A stretch of 64,000 bases of DNA from a virus (IMGVR_UViG_3300022666_000111), one strand, 5' to 3'; positions 35,526-45,714 are shown, numbered from the stretch's first letter. The notes: generated by a model from the sequence alone, not told the origin. Numbers and translations are program-made.

Positions 35526-37589
35526 ATGGCTCCCCCGCGTTACCCTGTTAGCCGCAACGTTCGAAAGACACGTGCCGCAGATCTGAGCAGAGATCTTGAG
35601 CGGGCCTTACACGCTATCGAATCGGGCATCGGCCAGATTTTTGATAACGCGGAGGCGCTACGCTGTGTGGACACTGACGGGTACAACCAATCCGCGTTGC
35701 ATGTGTTTGTCACTGGTGTGGGCTTGTTTCAATGGGATCCCACATCAGTTGCGTTGGATGACGGTGTTAATGCCATACAACCAAAACTAGGTCCGTCTGC
35801 AAGCGGGCCAGGTAGGTGGGTCCCTGCATCGTCTGGGGGTGGTCCTGGGACCGTTAGTGTGTACGACGAGGGTGTTCTTGTCCGCGCAGGGGTGTCCGAA
35901 ATAGACTTCGTTGGCGCGGATGTCTTGGCTTTAGGGCCAGGAGGATTGCCTTCTCGAGTTCGTGTCTATATCCCCCCGCCAGCATTCTTGTCGCATTGGA
36001 ATACAGCAGACGGAACTAACGGGCCGCAGTTCGTAACCGAGTCGATCTCGCGGACCACGACCCACATTTCCACGCCAGTTGGCGGTGAGGGGACCCCCTT
36101 CCGCACGGGGGGTTGGGCTGGGTCGAACCAGGACACCACGAGAAGCAACACGGTGACACTGACAACAGCGGCGCCCACGACGGGATGGGGTGGCGACTCC
36201 ACCATGACGGTGACCGTCATGGATGCGGACGGAGTGACGCCGCTCGAAGCGTACACGACGCCTCCAATAACAGCCAACGCAACACACGTGGCCCCAACAG
36301 GTCGAATCACAGTCGCTGTAACGGGATTTGCTGTAGACTCTATTCGTTACCAAGCTAGGGTCACAATTACTGTGAACGTCCTGAGCATACTGTCTACTGC
36401 TGGAAGACAGGGCGGGCGGTACAATGTTGTTGCCACACAAACCACCGACAGCAGTACAGATGGGTCAGGGCCGTACACCTACACACAAACGGCTGTATTC
36501 CTCGACACAGACCCCTTCACACCGAGTCTAACTGGGCTCACCATAGCCGAAACGGCCGGGTTTGTGACGACGAAGCATCTGAGCGGGGTCGAGTACTACA
36601 CGCTTGGAAGTAGGTTCACCGTTGCCATTTCGGACATTGACTATCTGAACGCAAACACCGCCAGAACGGTCGGGAACGTAGAGATAGCCGGACCTGAGTA
36701 CGGCCTTCCAGCTCTTAGCCAATCGCCGTTCGGAGTTGGAGCAGCAAATTTCGCCGGGTGGACGAACAACAACGACAACACGAACGCGTCATACAACAAA
36801 ACGGACTGGGCCATTACAGCAGCTAGCTACAGGCTCATGAGCCCGACAGCCTCCATCGACGCTTACCCCAGAGACCCTTGGGCCTCCGGTGCTCTTGTGG
36901 CCTCGGCCAACGCCAATGTCTTGATCGACACCTACGCAGCGAATTCGACTGCACTAGCTGAATACTTCAACGATGAGTCCTATAGAGAGGACCCCGCGTC
37001 ATTCCCAGGCGTCGGGACTTGGGATTCAACAAGCACGCTGGTTGCCGGACAAGCCCAAGTTTGGAATGGTCAACTCGTCACTCCGAACACGACGACGTAC
37101 GTTCGACCTGACGGAGCGGCTACGCCGAACGCCAACTGGTCTGGGTTTGACCCTGACCTTGGGGGTCCCAACCCGGACTATTCAGGCCTTGGGGCTCCCG
37201 TAAACTACGGAAGGCGCTTCACACAGCCTCCAGGCAACATCCCCAGCTTTGCGATGACGTTCACAGGAACCTTTGCGGCAGGTAACGCCTTGGCAGACCT
37301 TGTCGCGGGTAATCTGGAGATCTTCGTCTATCGTATAGGCGGGTTTGGGCATGTGGGCACACCCCCGGGCAACACGTTTCCACTTCGGGTACACCTCCCG
37401 TTCAACTTCGCGTCTTGGGATGATGGTACAACAGTGCCTGGATCCGGCATTCGTGAAGGATCCTCGGCTGGAAACGCCATCAACTGCACACTAGGTGCTG
37501 GCACACCCGCTAATGGCGGGCTCTACGTACACATCAGGATTCTGAACTCGGCGACAAGGCTAGACAGCCTTGTCGTAACCTTCTTTTGA
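35526..37589 (+). CDS. putative virion structural / tail-associated protein
   Basis: 687 aa, Thr/Gly/Ser-rich beta-type composition; W...S...DDG..AIQP....GRW. Confidence 0.65.
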   Translation: MAPPRYPVSRNVRKTRAADLSRDLERALHAIESGIGQIFDNAEALRCVDTDGYNQSALHVFVTGVGLFQWDPTSVALDDGVNAIQPKLGPSASGPGRWVPASSGGGPGTVSVYDEGVLVRAGVSEIDFVGADVLALGPGGLPSRVRVYIPPPAFLSHWNTADGTNGPQFVTESISRTTTHISTPVGGEGTPFRTGGWAGSNQDTTRSNTVTLTTAAPTTGWGGDSTMTVTVMDADGVTPLEAYTTPPITANATHVAPTGRITVAVTGFAVDSIRYQARVTITVNVLSILSTAGRQGGRYNVVATQTTDSSTDGSGPYTYTQTAVFLDTDPFTPSLTGLTIAETAGFVTTKHLSGVEYYTLGSRFTVAISDIDYLNANTARTVGNVEIAGPEYGLPALSQSPFGVGAANFAGWTNNNDNTNASYNKTDWAITAASYRLMSPTASIDAYPRDPWASGALVASANANVLIDTYAANSTALAEYFNDESYREDPASFPGVGTWDSTSTLVAGQAQVWNGQLVTPNTTTYVRPDGAATPNANWSGFDPDLGGPNPDYSGLGAPVNYGRRFTQPPGNIPSFAMTFTGTFAAGNALADLVAGNLEIFVYRIGGFGHVGTPPGNTFPLRVHLPFNFASWDDGTTVPGSGIREGSSAGNAINCTLGAGTPANGGLYVHIRILNSATRLDSLVVTFF

Positions 37590-37601
37590 GAAAGAGAAGC
37601 C

Positions 37602-37862
37602 ATGTTCCATCGAAGATTTGTAGTGAAAGTGTCCGAAGGGTTGGTTGAATTCTCTGCTATGACCACAGAGAATCGAGTTGATGTCCATACCTTCAGGGTT
37701 GAAGCCTTCAAGGACATTCTCTCCAACGCCAAAGAAGAGGGGAAAGACGTCCGTATGTCCGTGCCTGTGACGTCGACGCATAGGACAGTGTATTGCGTCC
37801 ACAAGGCTGAGTTCTCGGTGCTGTCCGCCGAGTTCGATGCGCAAACCTCGGAAGGCAAGTGA
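37602..37862 (+). CDS. hypothetical protein
   Basis: Operon position. Confidence 0.55.
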   Translation: MFHRRFVVKVSEGLVEFSAMTTENRVDVHTFRVEAFKDILSNAKEEGKDVRMSVPVTSTHRTVYCVHKAEFSVLSAEFDAQTSEGK

Positions 37863-37870
37863 GGTAGACA

Positions 37871-38557
37871 ATGTCTTTTACCAATCAGGAGAGAATCAAC
37901 GCGGTTGCCAAGGCACTTCTTGGTAACGTCCTTGATGCCGACGCAAGCGCACAGTGGTATGAAAGCACACTACCCTTCGGATTCTCGCTTGACTCGAGAC
38001 AAGTGTGGACGCAGGCGGATGTCGTAAAGGCATCCCCTGCAGCCAATTTGGCGGCGGCACAGGCCGCTTGTGCGGGACCCCTCGCTGGCATCGTGGAGGA
38101 CAGGTCCCTCGTCACTTCCGCCGTGAGGTTGTCTCCTGTTCCGGGCGTCAGCAATACGTATGTAGCGCTTGCCACGTACGGCGATTGGACAAGCCAGCGT
38201 CTCATCAACTGGCTCAAGCCTCAGTTTGTGCCCCAAGTCAACGGGCAGCCGAGCTTTGGTTACGCCATGCGGCTCTACAATGGGGATCCTGGTGCGGGCG
38301 GCACAGAGGTATTGACGACCGATGGTGGTACAGGGACGGGCGTCAACAAGTCTGTTGGCTGGATCTTCAACTACGACAATGGCATCCTGCTTCTGGCTTC
38401 GGACTTTGCAGTGGCGAACCCCTACATTGTAGGGTTCCGGTACATCGGGACTACGGCTGGGGGCGGAAGCACCGGCATCAACAACCTCGACGGCGGACGC
38501 GCCAATGAGAACTTTGGCGGCGTGGCTATCAGTCCGATTGACGGAGGAGGCGCCTGA
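37871..38557 (+). CDS. putative virion structural protein
   Basis: GAGG SD; WIFNYDNGIL..YIG; ends NLDGG..IDGGGA. Confidence 0.65.
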   Translation: MSFTNQERINAVAKALLGNVLDADASAQWYESTLPFGFSLDSRQVWTQADVVKASPAANLAAAQAACAGPLAGIVEDRSLVTSAVRLSPVPGVSNTYVALATYGDWTSQRLINWLKPQFVPQVNGQPSFGYAMRLYNGDPGAGGTEVLTTDGGTGTGVNKSVGWIFNYDNGILLLASDFAVANPYIVGFRYIGTTAGGGSTGINNLDGGRANENFGGVAISPIDGGGA

Positions 38558-38865
38558 TGGCTGTGCAGATTCAATTAAGACGGGACTTGGCAGCAGCTTG
38601 GACGCTTGCCAACCCAACGCTTGCCCAAGGTGAGCTTGGCGTCGAAACGGACACATGGCTTGCCAAGATGGGGAACGGGATAGACCCTTGGGTTACACTC
38701 CCCTACTGGCCAGCATCATCTGGAGGTGTCTTGCTCAAGACGACAGCACAGCGAATTGCCATGCCGCCATCTACAACAGCGGGCACGCTGGTGTATGACA
38801 CGGACATGCTGAAGCTGTTTGTGTGGCAAGCTGACATCGACTACCCTGTCTGGCTGGAGGTGTGA
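38557..38865 (+). CDS. tail-fibre anchor (Mtd_N / hyaluronidase N-terminal-like) protein
   Basis: IQLRRD.AAAW..ANP.LAQGELGVETDT...KMGNG...W..LPY. Confidence 0.8.
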   Translation: MAVQIQLRRDLAAAWTLANPTLAQGELGVETDTWLAKMGNGIDPWVTLPYWPASSGGVLLKTTAQRIAMPPSTTAGTLVYDTDMLKLFVWQADIDYPVWLEV

Positions 38866-38866
38866 C

Positions 38867-40231
38867 GTGGCATACAACTGGGGCACAGCGCTCAAAGCAC
38901 CTCTCCCGTTTGATGGTCAGGTATTCGTAGACGATCAGAAGCATGTCTGGCAATGGGTTTCCGCCAACGGCGCGTGGATGCGTCGTGAGAATCTTGAGTT
39001 CCGACGGGTGCAGGAGCGGTATCTGCACCTCATGGACAGAAGCACAACTACGATCGCAATCGAAAGAGCCCCCGGCCACCTGTTTCCTAAGTGGGACAGT
39101 GTGTACGATCTTGCGTTTGTAGAGATACTGAGTGTTGGAGGCAACATCCTCGGACGCCGTGCGCACATGGACCTAGCCGCTTTGAACACTTGGGCCGCGT
39201 CGGTTGTGCCTACAACGGGCGGGGTGTTCGACGAAGATGTCTTGATTCGAGTGTATGAAGTGTTCGATACACAACAAGGGATTGTGCGCTTCAATAGCTG
39301 GAACGGTGTGTACGGGTCATTTAGAGGGAGAGCTTGTTACACGGCAGACCGTGGGCATGGCCGCACAGCTCCAAACCAAGGGACTCTTGCAGGATACAGT
39401 GACGGCTTTCTTTTGCGGCATGGTGGTCCAGGGCTTGAGAGACGCTTGATGCAGTACTTCTACAACTTGGATCCTGGTAGGGACCAGAACAAGGTGTGTT
39501 GGACCTCAAACAAGCGACAACTTTACAATATGCCGAAAAACCAGAACATCACGATTGTTCACCCCGGTGGGTTGTCAGCGCTCAGGTACTGTTGGAACTG
39601 GGGTGCGTCTGACTACACACAGGTGACGCCTGGAAGCCGGTGGGAGGTCTTCAACGACGGGGGTATGCTAAGGCAGAATCCCTGCCATGTCTATCGAAGG
39701 GTGGACGGGACAACCCTGTTCCTAGAGCAACCTGACACGTCCTTGCGAGGCTTCGGAGCAATATTTCAATCCGGAAACCCTATCGAGGGTATGTTGGCAT
39801 ATGCCATTCGAGACGTGGACGACCCGAATCAAGTCGCTTTTCTGCTCAAGCCTATGGGCGTGACGAAAATAGGCCTGTTGAGTATCGGGATGCCGAACTA
39901 CGAGCTGTTGGCCGAAGGGCGTGGCCGCAATTGGAAAACGGAACCGCGTGTTACCAACCTCACCAAACAGGGATTCACCTTCGACCGTGGGTGGCTAGAT
40001 GGGATACGTGTTACAGATTTGCCAAGCGTGGTGCAAACCCTAAAGAGGGTGGTGTCACACACGACACCTTCGGCGGAAAGCATCGACACATACAACTGGC
40101 CAGACCTTGTCACGTTCTACCTAAGACAGAGCGAGACAGGAATCCGAACTGAGACACTCCCACGAGGTATTCGTGTGGAAAGGCGGAAGAGCGGGCTTCC
40201 GGTATCTCTGATGGACGTAAGTGTCAAATAG
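38867..40231 (+). CDS. putative tail/receptor-binding protein (paralog of 40243..41625)
   Basis: GGAGG SD plus GTG; shared blocks with the next gene. Confidence 0.6.
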   Translation: MAYNWGTALKAPLPFDGQVFVDDQKHVWQWVSANGAWMRRENLEFRRVQERYLHLMDRSTTTIAIERAPGHLFPKWDSVYDLAFVEILSVGGNILGRRAHMDLAALNTWAASVVPTTGGVFDEDVLIRVYEVFDTQQGIVRFNSWNGVYGSFRGRACYTADRGHGRTAPNQGTLAGYSDGFLLRHGGPGLERRLMQYFYNLDPGRDQNKVCWTSNKRQLYNMPKNQNITIVHPGGLSALRYCWNWGASDYTQVTPGSRWEVFNDGGMLRQNPCHVYRRVDGTTLFLEQPDTSLRGFGAIFQSGNPIEGMLAYAIRDVDDPNQVAFLLKPMGVTKIGLLSIGMPNYELLAEGRGRNWKTEPRVTNLTKQGFTFDRGWLDGIRVTDLPSVVQTLKRVVSHTTPSAESIDTYNWPDLVTFYLRQSETGIRTETLPRGIRVERRKSGLPVSLMDVSVK

Positions 40232-40242
40232 CTGGAGAGCAC

Positions 40243-41625
40243 ATGGAATACTTCAGATCTCGCCGGATGACAGCGTCTCAGTGGTTGGGACGTGATCCCG
40301 TTATGAACCAAGGGGAGCTTGGGTTCGAGACAGACACAGATAGGGCAAAAATCGGAGATGGCACCACCAAGTGGACCGGCTTGCCCTACATGGATGCTCA
40401 AACAACAAGCTCGACTCGAACGCGGCTTGAATACGGGACGCTTCGTCTTACTGAGGCCACGAAGACATCTGTTACCCAATTGGGCTTTTCGGGTATCGTG
40501 GTGAAACAACACCCTGACCTGATGGGTTTGAACTTCGATCGTTACCGTAGATGCTCGTGGGACATCTACGAAATCGGGGGGAACAGTTGGAGCGGGTTGA
40601 GCTTCTCGACAGAAAGTGCGCTATACGCGTTTCTGGCCGCCAATGCTGCCCAGACTGGGGGGTACTACTCACGCAACATCATGGCGACTGTGTATGACAC
40701 GGTGGACGCTACCATTCCTGTCGTCAACAAGATGTGGGGGATCAACACGTTCTATTCCATGCTCAAAGGCCGGAAACGGTACAATGACAACCGTCAGACT
40801 TTGGGTAGGGATCTGATCAACTGGCCTCAGTTTGAAGACTGGTTCCAGGCTGTATGCAGCCGAGGTCTCGGCCTCCCCGCAGGAGCTTATGCCGTTAACA
40901 GGGAACGTGCGCTGTGGTTGACGCGGAGTAATCGCACAAGGTACGGCATGCCAACAGAGGGCATTACGCTAAACAGCCTTAGCACTACTGGGGACCGTAT
41001 GGTGTACAACTCCGCGACGGCCACATGGGTCCCAATGTCAGGGGGGGACTTCCAGCATTGGGAAGCACCACCAACAGGGTATGGAAAAGTCTTTGCAACG
41101 ATCTGCGAGAACAACAGGGCGGCGTGGGAATTTGAGACCGCTTATACGGGCATCGTGCGCAGTTTACTTGCTTACGGAGCCAGCTCGATGTCCATGATCT
41201 GTCTCTACAGGTTGCACGGCATCAGCGGCGGAAACAGCACACACAACGCAATTCTGGTGAAGCCGGTTGGGATAGACCGCGTAGGCATCAACTGGTACGA
41301 TCCGGCGCAGTACACACTGTATGCACTACATGAGTGCCCAAACGAAACACCACGAATTCGGCCGATCACAGGGATACCGGCGAAACACATAAGCCAAGGC
41401 AACGACTTGATCTGGCTCAACAAGTCTGTCTGGACACCTTTTGAGGATGGTCGAAAGCCTACGGTCACAAGCAGGATGAAATCCCGTCTATTCCCTACGA
41501 CCAGGTTCTTCCTACGGGACAACGCGACACACAGGATCTCGATTCCAAGCCAAATGTGTGTCAAAATGACACTCAACGCCAAAGACGCGATGGTCAAATG
41601 GGGCATCTTCCCCGCAGGTAGGTGA
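40243..41625 (+). CDS. tail fibre / receptor-binding protein with Mtd_N-like N-terminus
   Basis: RR.TASQW...DPV..QGELGFETDT..AKIGDG.T.W..LPY. Confidence 0.75.
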   Translation: MEYFRSRRMTASQWLGRDPVMNQGELGFETDTDRAKIGDGTTKWTGLPYMDAQTTSSTRTRLEYGTLRLTEATKTSVTQLGFSGIVVKQHPDLMGLNFDRYRRCSWDIYEIGGNSWSGLSFSTESALYAFLAANAAQTGGYYSRNIMATVYDTVDATIPVVNKMWGINTFYSMLKGRKRYNDNRQTLGRDLINWPQFEDWFQAVCSRGLGLPAGAYAVNRERALWLTRSNRTRYGMPTEGITLNSLSTTGDRMVYNSATATWVPMSGGDFQHWEAPPTGYGKVFATICENNRAAWEFETAYTGIVRSLLAYGASSMSMICLYRLHGISGGNSTHNAILVKPVGIDRVGINWYDPAQYTLYALHECPNETPRIRPITGIPAKHISQGNDLIWLNKSVWTPFEDGRKPTVTSRMKSRLFPTTRFFLRDNATHRISIPSQMCVKMTLNAKDAMVKWGIFPAGR

Positions 41626-41629
41626 CACA

Positions 41630-41983
41630 ATGGTAAGCACAAACAGCTTCAACTTTCTGTACGACGTGGGCCAAACAGTCTACGCAAGGGTGTCCAAGAA
41701 ACGACAGGTACCCGTGCAGTGCGTGATTTGCAACAGCACGGGTGAGGCGGTCATCACAGGTAAGACCTTCACGTGCCCTGAGTGCCATGGCGAAAAGAAT
41801 ACGTTGGAAGAGTTGGTGGTGTCGGCCGAACCGTTTACGGTCATACGTGTGATGGCCACCAAGTGTGCTTCAAGAGGCTGTAGGGTGCGCTATGAAGTGT
41901 CCGGTGGACGCGCCATGAAAGTGTTCGAAGAAAGTGAGCTGTATGCCTCTGAAGCCGAAGCCAACCCCGCACAAGACCATTAA
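41630..41983 (+). CDS. DnaJ-type zinc finger small protein
   Basis: CVICNSTG...CPECHGE. Confidence 0.6.
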   Translation: MVSTNSFNFLYDVGQTVYARVSKKRQVPVQCVICNSTGEAVITGKTFTCPECHGEKNTLEELVVSAEPFTVIRVMATKCASRGCRVRYEVSGGRAMKVFEESELYASEAEANPAQDH

Positions 41984-42008
41984 TCCTTCTATATTGCGTA
42001 TAGGGCAT

Positions 42009-42104
42009 GTTGTTCCCTTGCCCTGGTGGAACAAAAGAACGTTGCTCCCTTGCCCCGGTGGAGCAAAAGAACGTTGCTCCCTTGCCCCGGTGGAGCAAAA
42101 GAAC
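42009..42104. repeat. three 32-bp tandem repeats with internal palindrome
   Basis: GTTGCTCCCTTGCCCCGGTGGAGCAAAAGAAC; TTGCTCC/GGAGCAA arms. Confidence 0.9.
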
Positions 42105-42140
42105 TAAAACCCATCCTGCTCAAGCAGGTGTTGATTTACA

Positions 42141-42230
42141 CCAGCCCATCTTGGAGTGCTGGTCCTTAGTGCAGCCACTTTTGGAGTGTTGAGCCTGTCG
42201 CCAGCCACTTTTGGAGTGTTGGCCCTTACT
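42141..42230. repeat. three 30-bp-period repeats with CAGCCACTTTTGGAGTGTT core
   Basis: Read directly. Confidence 0.85.
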
Positions 42231-42445
42231 TCGCTTGCGTTCGAAAGTTCTGCCGCGATATCGTGGACTTCGTGACCGACCGGGAGACCCTCAAGAAGGG
42301 GATCTACGCGCACCTCTGGAACGCCGAGATCCGTTGCCGCAAGGACATCCCCGCAGGTTACCTTGTGCGCATCGGTGAGGATGAGGGCAATCGGGATCTC
42401 CGCGCGGCTTGGAAGCCCTCGCGAAAGAAGCTCTACCGCTACTAA
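42227..42445 (+). pseudogene. major-capsid-like fragment (possible GTG start at 42263)
   Basis: VRKFCRDIVDFVTDRETLKKGIYAHLWNAEIRCRKDIPAGY; similarity extends upstream of the only start codon. Confidence 0.6.
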
Positions 42446-42463
42446 GCGGTGTAGAATGAGGGC

Positions 42464-42814
42464 ATGCAAGATATCGCGGCCTTCATTCACAACAACTGGA
42501 ACGCAATACGAGCCGTAGCGCTCAACAGCCCTCCCGACCACGTTTTGGTCGTATGGATGGGCACCAAGAATCTCGTCATCAATGCAACCCCTCGGGAGCA
42601 GCTCATCGCCGAGGACCCCGAGGCCGCCCCGGAGGCCGCCAAGGCGGGGCCACTACCGTCAACGGAAGGGGCCGTTGCCACCATCTGGCTTGCCATCTGT
42701 ACACGCCAGACGGAAGACACCTTCCAAATCGCCTGGTGTGCCGTGGATTTCATGGCAGACGAGACAGGCTCTCCCGAGATCGTCGACAAGCGTATGAACG
42801 CCAAGGGGGGGTGA
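42464..42814 (+). CDS. hypothetical protein
   Basis: GGTGTAG-N9-ATG. Confidence 0.7.
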   Translation: MQDIAAFIHNNWNAIRAVALNSPPDHVLVVWMGTKNLVINATPREQLIAEDPEAAPEAAKAGPLPSTEGAVATIWLAICTRQTEDTFQIAWCAVDFMADETGSPEIVDKRMNAKGG

Positions 42815-42817
42815 CGC

Positions 42818-43318
42818 GTGAGCAAGGACGCCCTCAAGGATCTCCAAGACCGGCTGGTCGGCAAGCGCATCCTCGCCATCGAACCGGCGAACGCCTCCGA
42901 AGGCGTCTGCCTCTTCAGGACCGAAGACGGCCACGCCTTTCGCTTACACGCCACGGACCTTGGCTTCTGGACGGAGGATACCGTTGGAGAGGACGGTTAC
43001 TACCCCTCCCTACATGCCCTCATGGTGGAGTACTCATACCACAACCACGACATTTCCCCGGGCTACAACTACAACCCGCCTGACGCCAAGGCAGTGTTCA
43101 AGGACGGCGTCCTCACGGTCCGATCGCCGAAGAAGCGTGAATTCAAGATCCGTGAGGCCAAGCTCACGCCTTGGGAGCTTACGGTTGCCAAAGACAAGGC
43201 GGGTCCACGGCTTCTGGGATTTGCCGCCCTCATGGGAGATGCTTGGAGGACCCCGTTCACGGGTAGCTACGAAGGCTGCCCCAAGCGTCTCGTCCTCCTA
43301 CCAACGATGACACCGTAG
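42818..43318 (+). CDS. hypothetical protein
   Basis: Codon bias; operon position. Confidence 0.65.
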   Translation: MSKDALKDLQDRLVGKRILAIEPANASEGVCLFRTEDGHAFRLHATDLGFWTEDTVGEDGYYPSLHALMVEYSYHNHDISPGYNYNPPDAKAVFKDGVLTVRSPKKREFKIREAKLTPWELTVAKDKAGPRLLGFAALMGDAWRTPFTGSYEGCPKRLVLLPTMTP

Positions 43319-43376
43319 TGCTTTCTGATTGATCGCCCACCCCTTGCGGCATAACACCCGCGAGAAAGGACCCCTC

Positions 43377-43583
43377 ATGTACACCTCAACACTATCCTGC
43401 CTGTACTGCCAAAAGACCCTCTCTCGTCCCGGTTATGACATCGTGGCCCTCACCGAGACCGCCCGCAAGAAGGGCTGGCGTCCCGTCTTCTTGCGCCTTG
43501 GAGCTGCTGCCGAATGGACGTGCCCTGAGTGTGCAGCCAAGGCGGCGAAGGCCCAATCCCAAGCGAAGGTGGCCCCATGCTAG
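43377..43583 (+). CDS. small zinc-ribbon protein
   Basis: CLYC..ARKKGW..CPEC; promoter motif plus AAGGA SD. Confidence 0.65.
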   Translation: MYTSTLSCLYCQKTLSRPGYDIVALTETARKKGWRPVFLRLGAAAEWTCPECAAKAAKAQSQAKVAPC

Positions 43584-43894
43584 AGGGCTTCTTCTTCCTC
43601 GTTGCTTGCGTAGCGCTGGGCATGGCTGGTTGGTTCGTGCTGTATCACTACATGACCGTCAACCGGAAGCCTCGGCGCCTCTACACGACGAACGAGCTTG
43701 GAGGGCTTCCTCCGCCGATCGCGCCCTTCATCCGTGAGGCCCCCGTCGACCCGGATAAGGCCGATTGGGACGCGCGGCTCAAGGCTTGGGAGAAGTTGCG
43801 AGCTGAAGAGGCCGCTGCAACGATCGCGGCGGACGATCCGGACCTCTACGATGTCCTCGAAAAGGCCGCTGAAAAGGGGAGGCGTCATGTCTGA
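43577..43894 (+). CDS. single-TM protein
   Basis: N-terminal TM. Confidence 0.6.
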   Translation: MLEGFFFLVACVALGMAGWFVLYHYMTVNRKPRRLYTTNELGGLPPPIAPFIREAPVDPDKADWDARLKAWEKLRAEEAAATIAADDPDLYDVLEKAAEKGRRHV

Positions 43895-44333
43895 CACTAA
43901 AATGCCCATCGCGAAGATCAAGCTCAGAGCGCCCCATCATTGGGACAATGTGGGGGACGCCGGGGACGGCTACAGCACGGTCTACAAGTGCAAGGTCTGC
44001 GGATGTAACGCGACGTCCAACGGGCGCCCGAACGATAAGGACTACCCGCCTTGCAAGTACGTGACGACCAAACCCAAGGGGATGCCCGTCAAGCCAATCT
44101 CTTCTGAGTCCCCCGGCATCGAGCCCCCGTGGGTTAGCGTCTACCTTCGGGGGACCTTACCCTTTGAGGCAAGCATCCCACGATGCTCGCTGTGTCCTTG
44201 CCACGTTGCCTATCCCTGGCCTCTTTGTGGGCTTCAGCGAAGTGTCATCAAGGACATGCCGAAGGACGGGACGCTCCCGGCGTCCTGCCCGCTACATAGG
44301 GGACCCTTCACGCTACGGAAGGGGGAGAAGTGA
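43887..44333 (+). CDS. Cys-rich hypothetical protein
   Basis: CKVCGC, CSLCPC, CPL; GGAGG SD. Confidence 0.55.
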   Translation: MSDTKMPIAKIKLRAPHHWDNVGDAGDGYSTVYKCKVCGCNATSNGRPNDKDYPPCKYVTTKPKGMPVKPISSESPGIEPPWVSVYLRGTLPFEASIPRCSLCPCHVAYPWPLCGLQRSVIKDMPKDGTLPASCPLHRGPFTLRKGEK

Positions 44334-44671
44334 AGACCATTCCGACCTACACGGCCAACGTCTATGTTGGCCTTCGACACAGCTACACCTATAGCTACAC
44401 GACGGAAAACGTGGTCCGAAGGTGGCTGAAGGACTATTGCACCCGGGAGAAGACGGGCGTCACCCTCACCCCTACGGAGTTCATCTACGTGGACGGCGCG
44501 GAGCCTGGGGTTATCATCGGGCTGATCCGGTACCCACGCTTCCCCAAGGAGATCGAGCGAATCGAAGAGGAGGCGCTTGCCATCGCAAAGGGGCTGATGG
44601 AGCTTTGCCGCCAAGAGCGCGTCTCCGTGGTCTTCCCTGACAGAACCGTGATGCTGGAAGCGGGCACATGA
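44330..44671 (+). CDS. phage hypothetical protein
   Basis: TPTEFIYVDGAEPG..IGLI.YPRFP..QERVSV. Confidence 0.7.
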   Translation: MKTIPTYTANVYVGLRHSYTYSYTTENVVRRWLKDYCTREKTGVTLTPTEFIYVDGAEPGVIIGLIRYPRFPKEIERIEEEALAIAKGLMELCRQERVSVVFPDRTVMLEAGT

Positions 44672-45075
44672 GACCCTTCAAGCCATACGCCGTGCCTACC
44701 GGGATTCGTCCGGTGCGAACCATTGAGTACTATGAGGGGCCGCTCCTCATCGAATTGAAGGACGCTGAAGGCGCGACGTGGCTGATGTTCTGGGTTGATT
44801 GTGACACCACGCACAACCGCTGGCTTCTTCTGAGGCGGCGCCCTCTTGCCATCGAGGCATACCTCCACCGCAACCTTGACCGGCGAAGGCTCGTTCTCGG
44901 ATCTCGCTACTTCCACCCAGGTTTGAAGCAGCCCTCGGATGAACCTGTGGTAGCCGTAGACACCGACGTTAAGGGCCATTGGATCAGGGCTTGGTTGATC
45001 GACGTTCTCCCCGAGGAGTATATCCCAGAGCCCTTCACCTTCTTCGATCCGGAGACAAGCAATGCCGAGCCTTGA
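44668..45075 (+). CDS. DUF6575-like protein
   Basis: YYEGPLL......W.D......WLL. Confidence 0.5.
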   Translation: MRPFKPYAVPTGIRPVRTIEYYEGPLLIELKDAEGATWLMFWVDCDTTHNRWLLLRRRPLAIEAYLHRNLDRRRLVLGSRYFHPGLKQPSDEPVVAVDTDVKGHWIRAWLIDVLPEEYIPEPFTFFDPETSNAEP

Positions 45076-45712
45076 CTTCCTCCCAACGATCCGCCCGCCT
45101 CAACGCGTCTACCAGGACACGGTTGAAAACGTCCGCGCATACATCGGCCAAGGCGGGGCGGTTGGGATCCCCGTCTACGACATAGACTTCGAGGGCCACG
45201 ACCTCGTGTGTATCCTTGCGCTCAAGGCCCAAGAGGCCGTCTCGAAAGAAACGCCCCTAAGCGAAGAGATCCAGCGCCTCGTCACAAGCCTCTTCCAAGA
45301 CCGGGCTCGCTTGATCGTCAAGCCTGGGCAAAGGCGGCGCGTTTATGACGAGGATGGCGATATCCATTCGAACGCCGTCCCATACTACTCCTCTGACGAC
45401 GCCGCAGAGGACATGATGGCGGCCATTCGAGCGGAGTCACACTGGAGGGACGTCCTCGACGAGATCTACCGCGTCGCAAGCGAGGCCCTCGGCGGACGCA
45501 AGCTCTTCTTCGCCTTCGTGGACATCCTCCAATTCGACATTGACGGATTGGAACGCCAGCTCACCAAACTAGGCCACCGTCAGGTTGAATTCGCGATCAT
45601 CGTAGACAACAACACGGACGGATTCACGATTCCGAAGGCTCCGCCCTTGCCGCCACCGCCGCCGAAGCCTCCAGAGGACTTCTTCGAGCACCTCGAGGTA
45701 GATTGGATTTAA
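45062..45712 (+). CDS. hypothetical protein with acidic tail, possibly capsid-derived
   Basis: IPVYDID..RLVTSLFQ; ends PKPPEDFFEHLEVDWI. Confidence 0.6.
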   Translation: MPSLDFLPTIRPPQRVYQDTVENVRAYIGQGGAVGIPVYDIDFEGHDLVCILALKAQEAVSKETPLSEEIQRLVTSLFQDRARLIVKPGQRRRVYDEDGDIHSNAVPYYSSDDAAEDMMAAIRAESHWRDVLDEIYRVASEALGGRKLFFAFVDILQFDIDGLERQLTKLGHRQVEFAIIVDNNTDGFTIPKAPPLPPPPPKPPEDFFEHLEVDWI

Positions 45713-45714
45713 CC

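Noticed and set aside
38557-41625. Diversity-generating retroelement suggested by Mtd_N-like domains
   Set aside because: No reverse transcriptase and no TR/VR pair differing at adenines was seen.
42009-42230. Possible CRISPR mini-array
   Set aside because: The 32-bp units have no spacers, the 30-bp units have only ~10 variable nt, and no cas genes are present.
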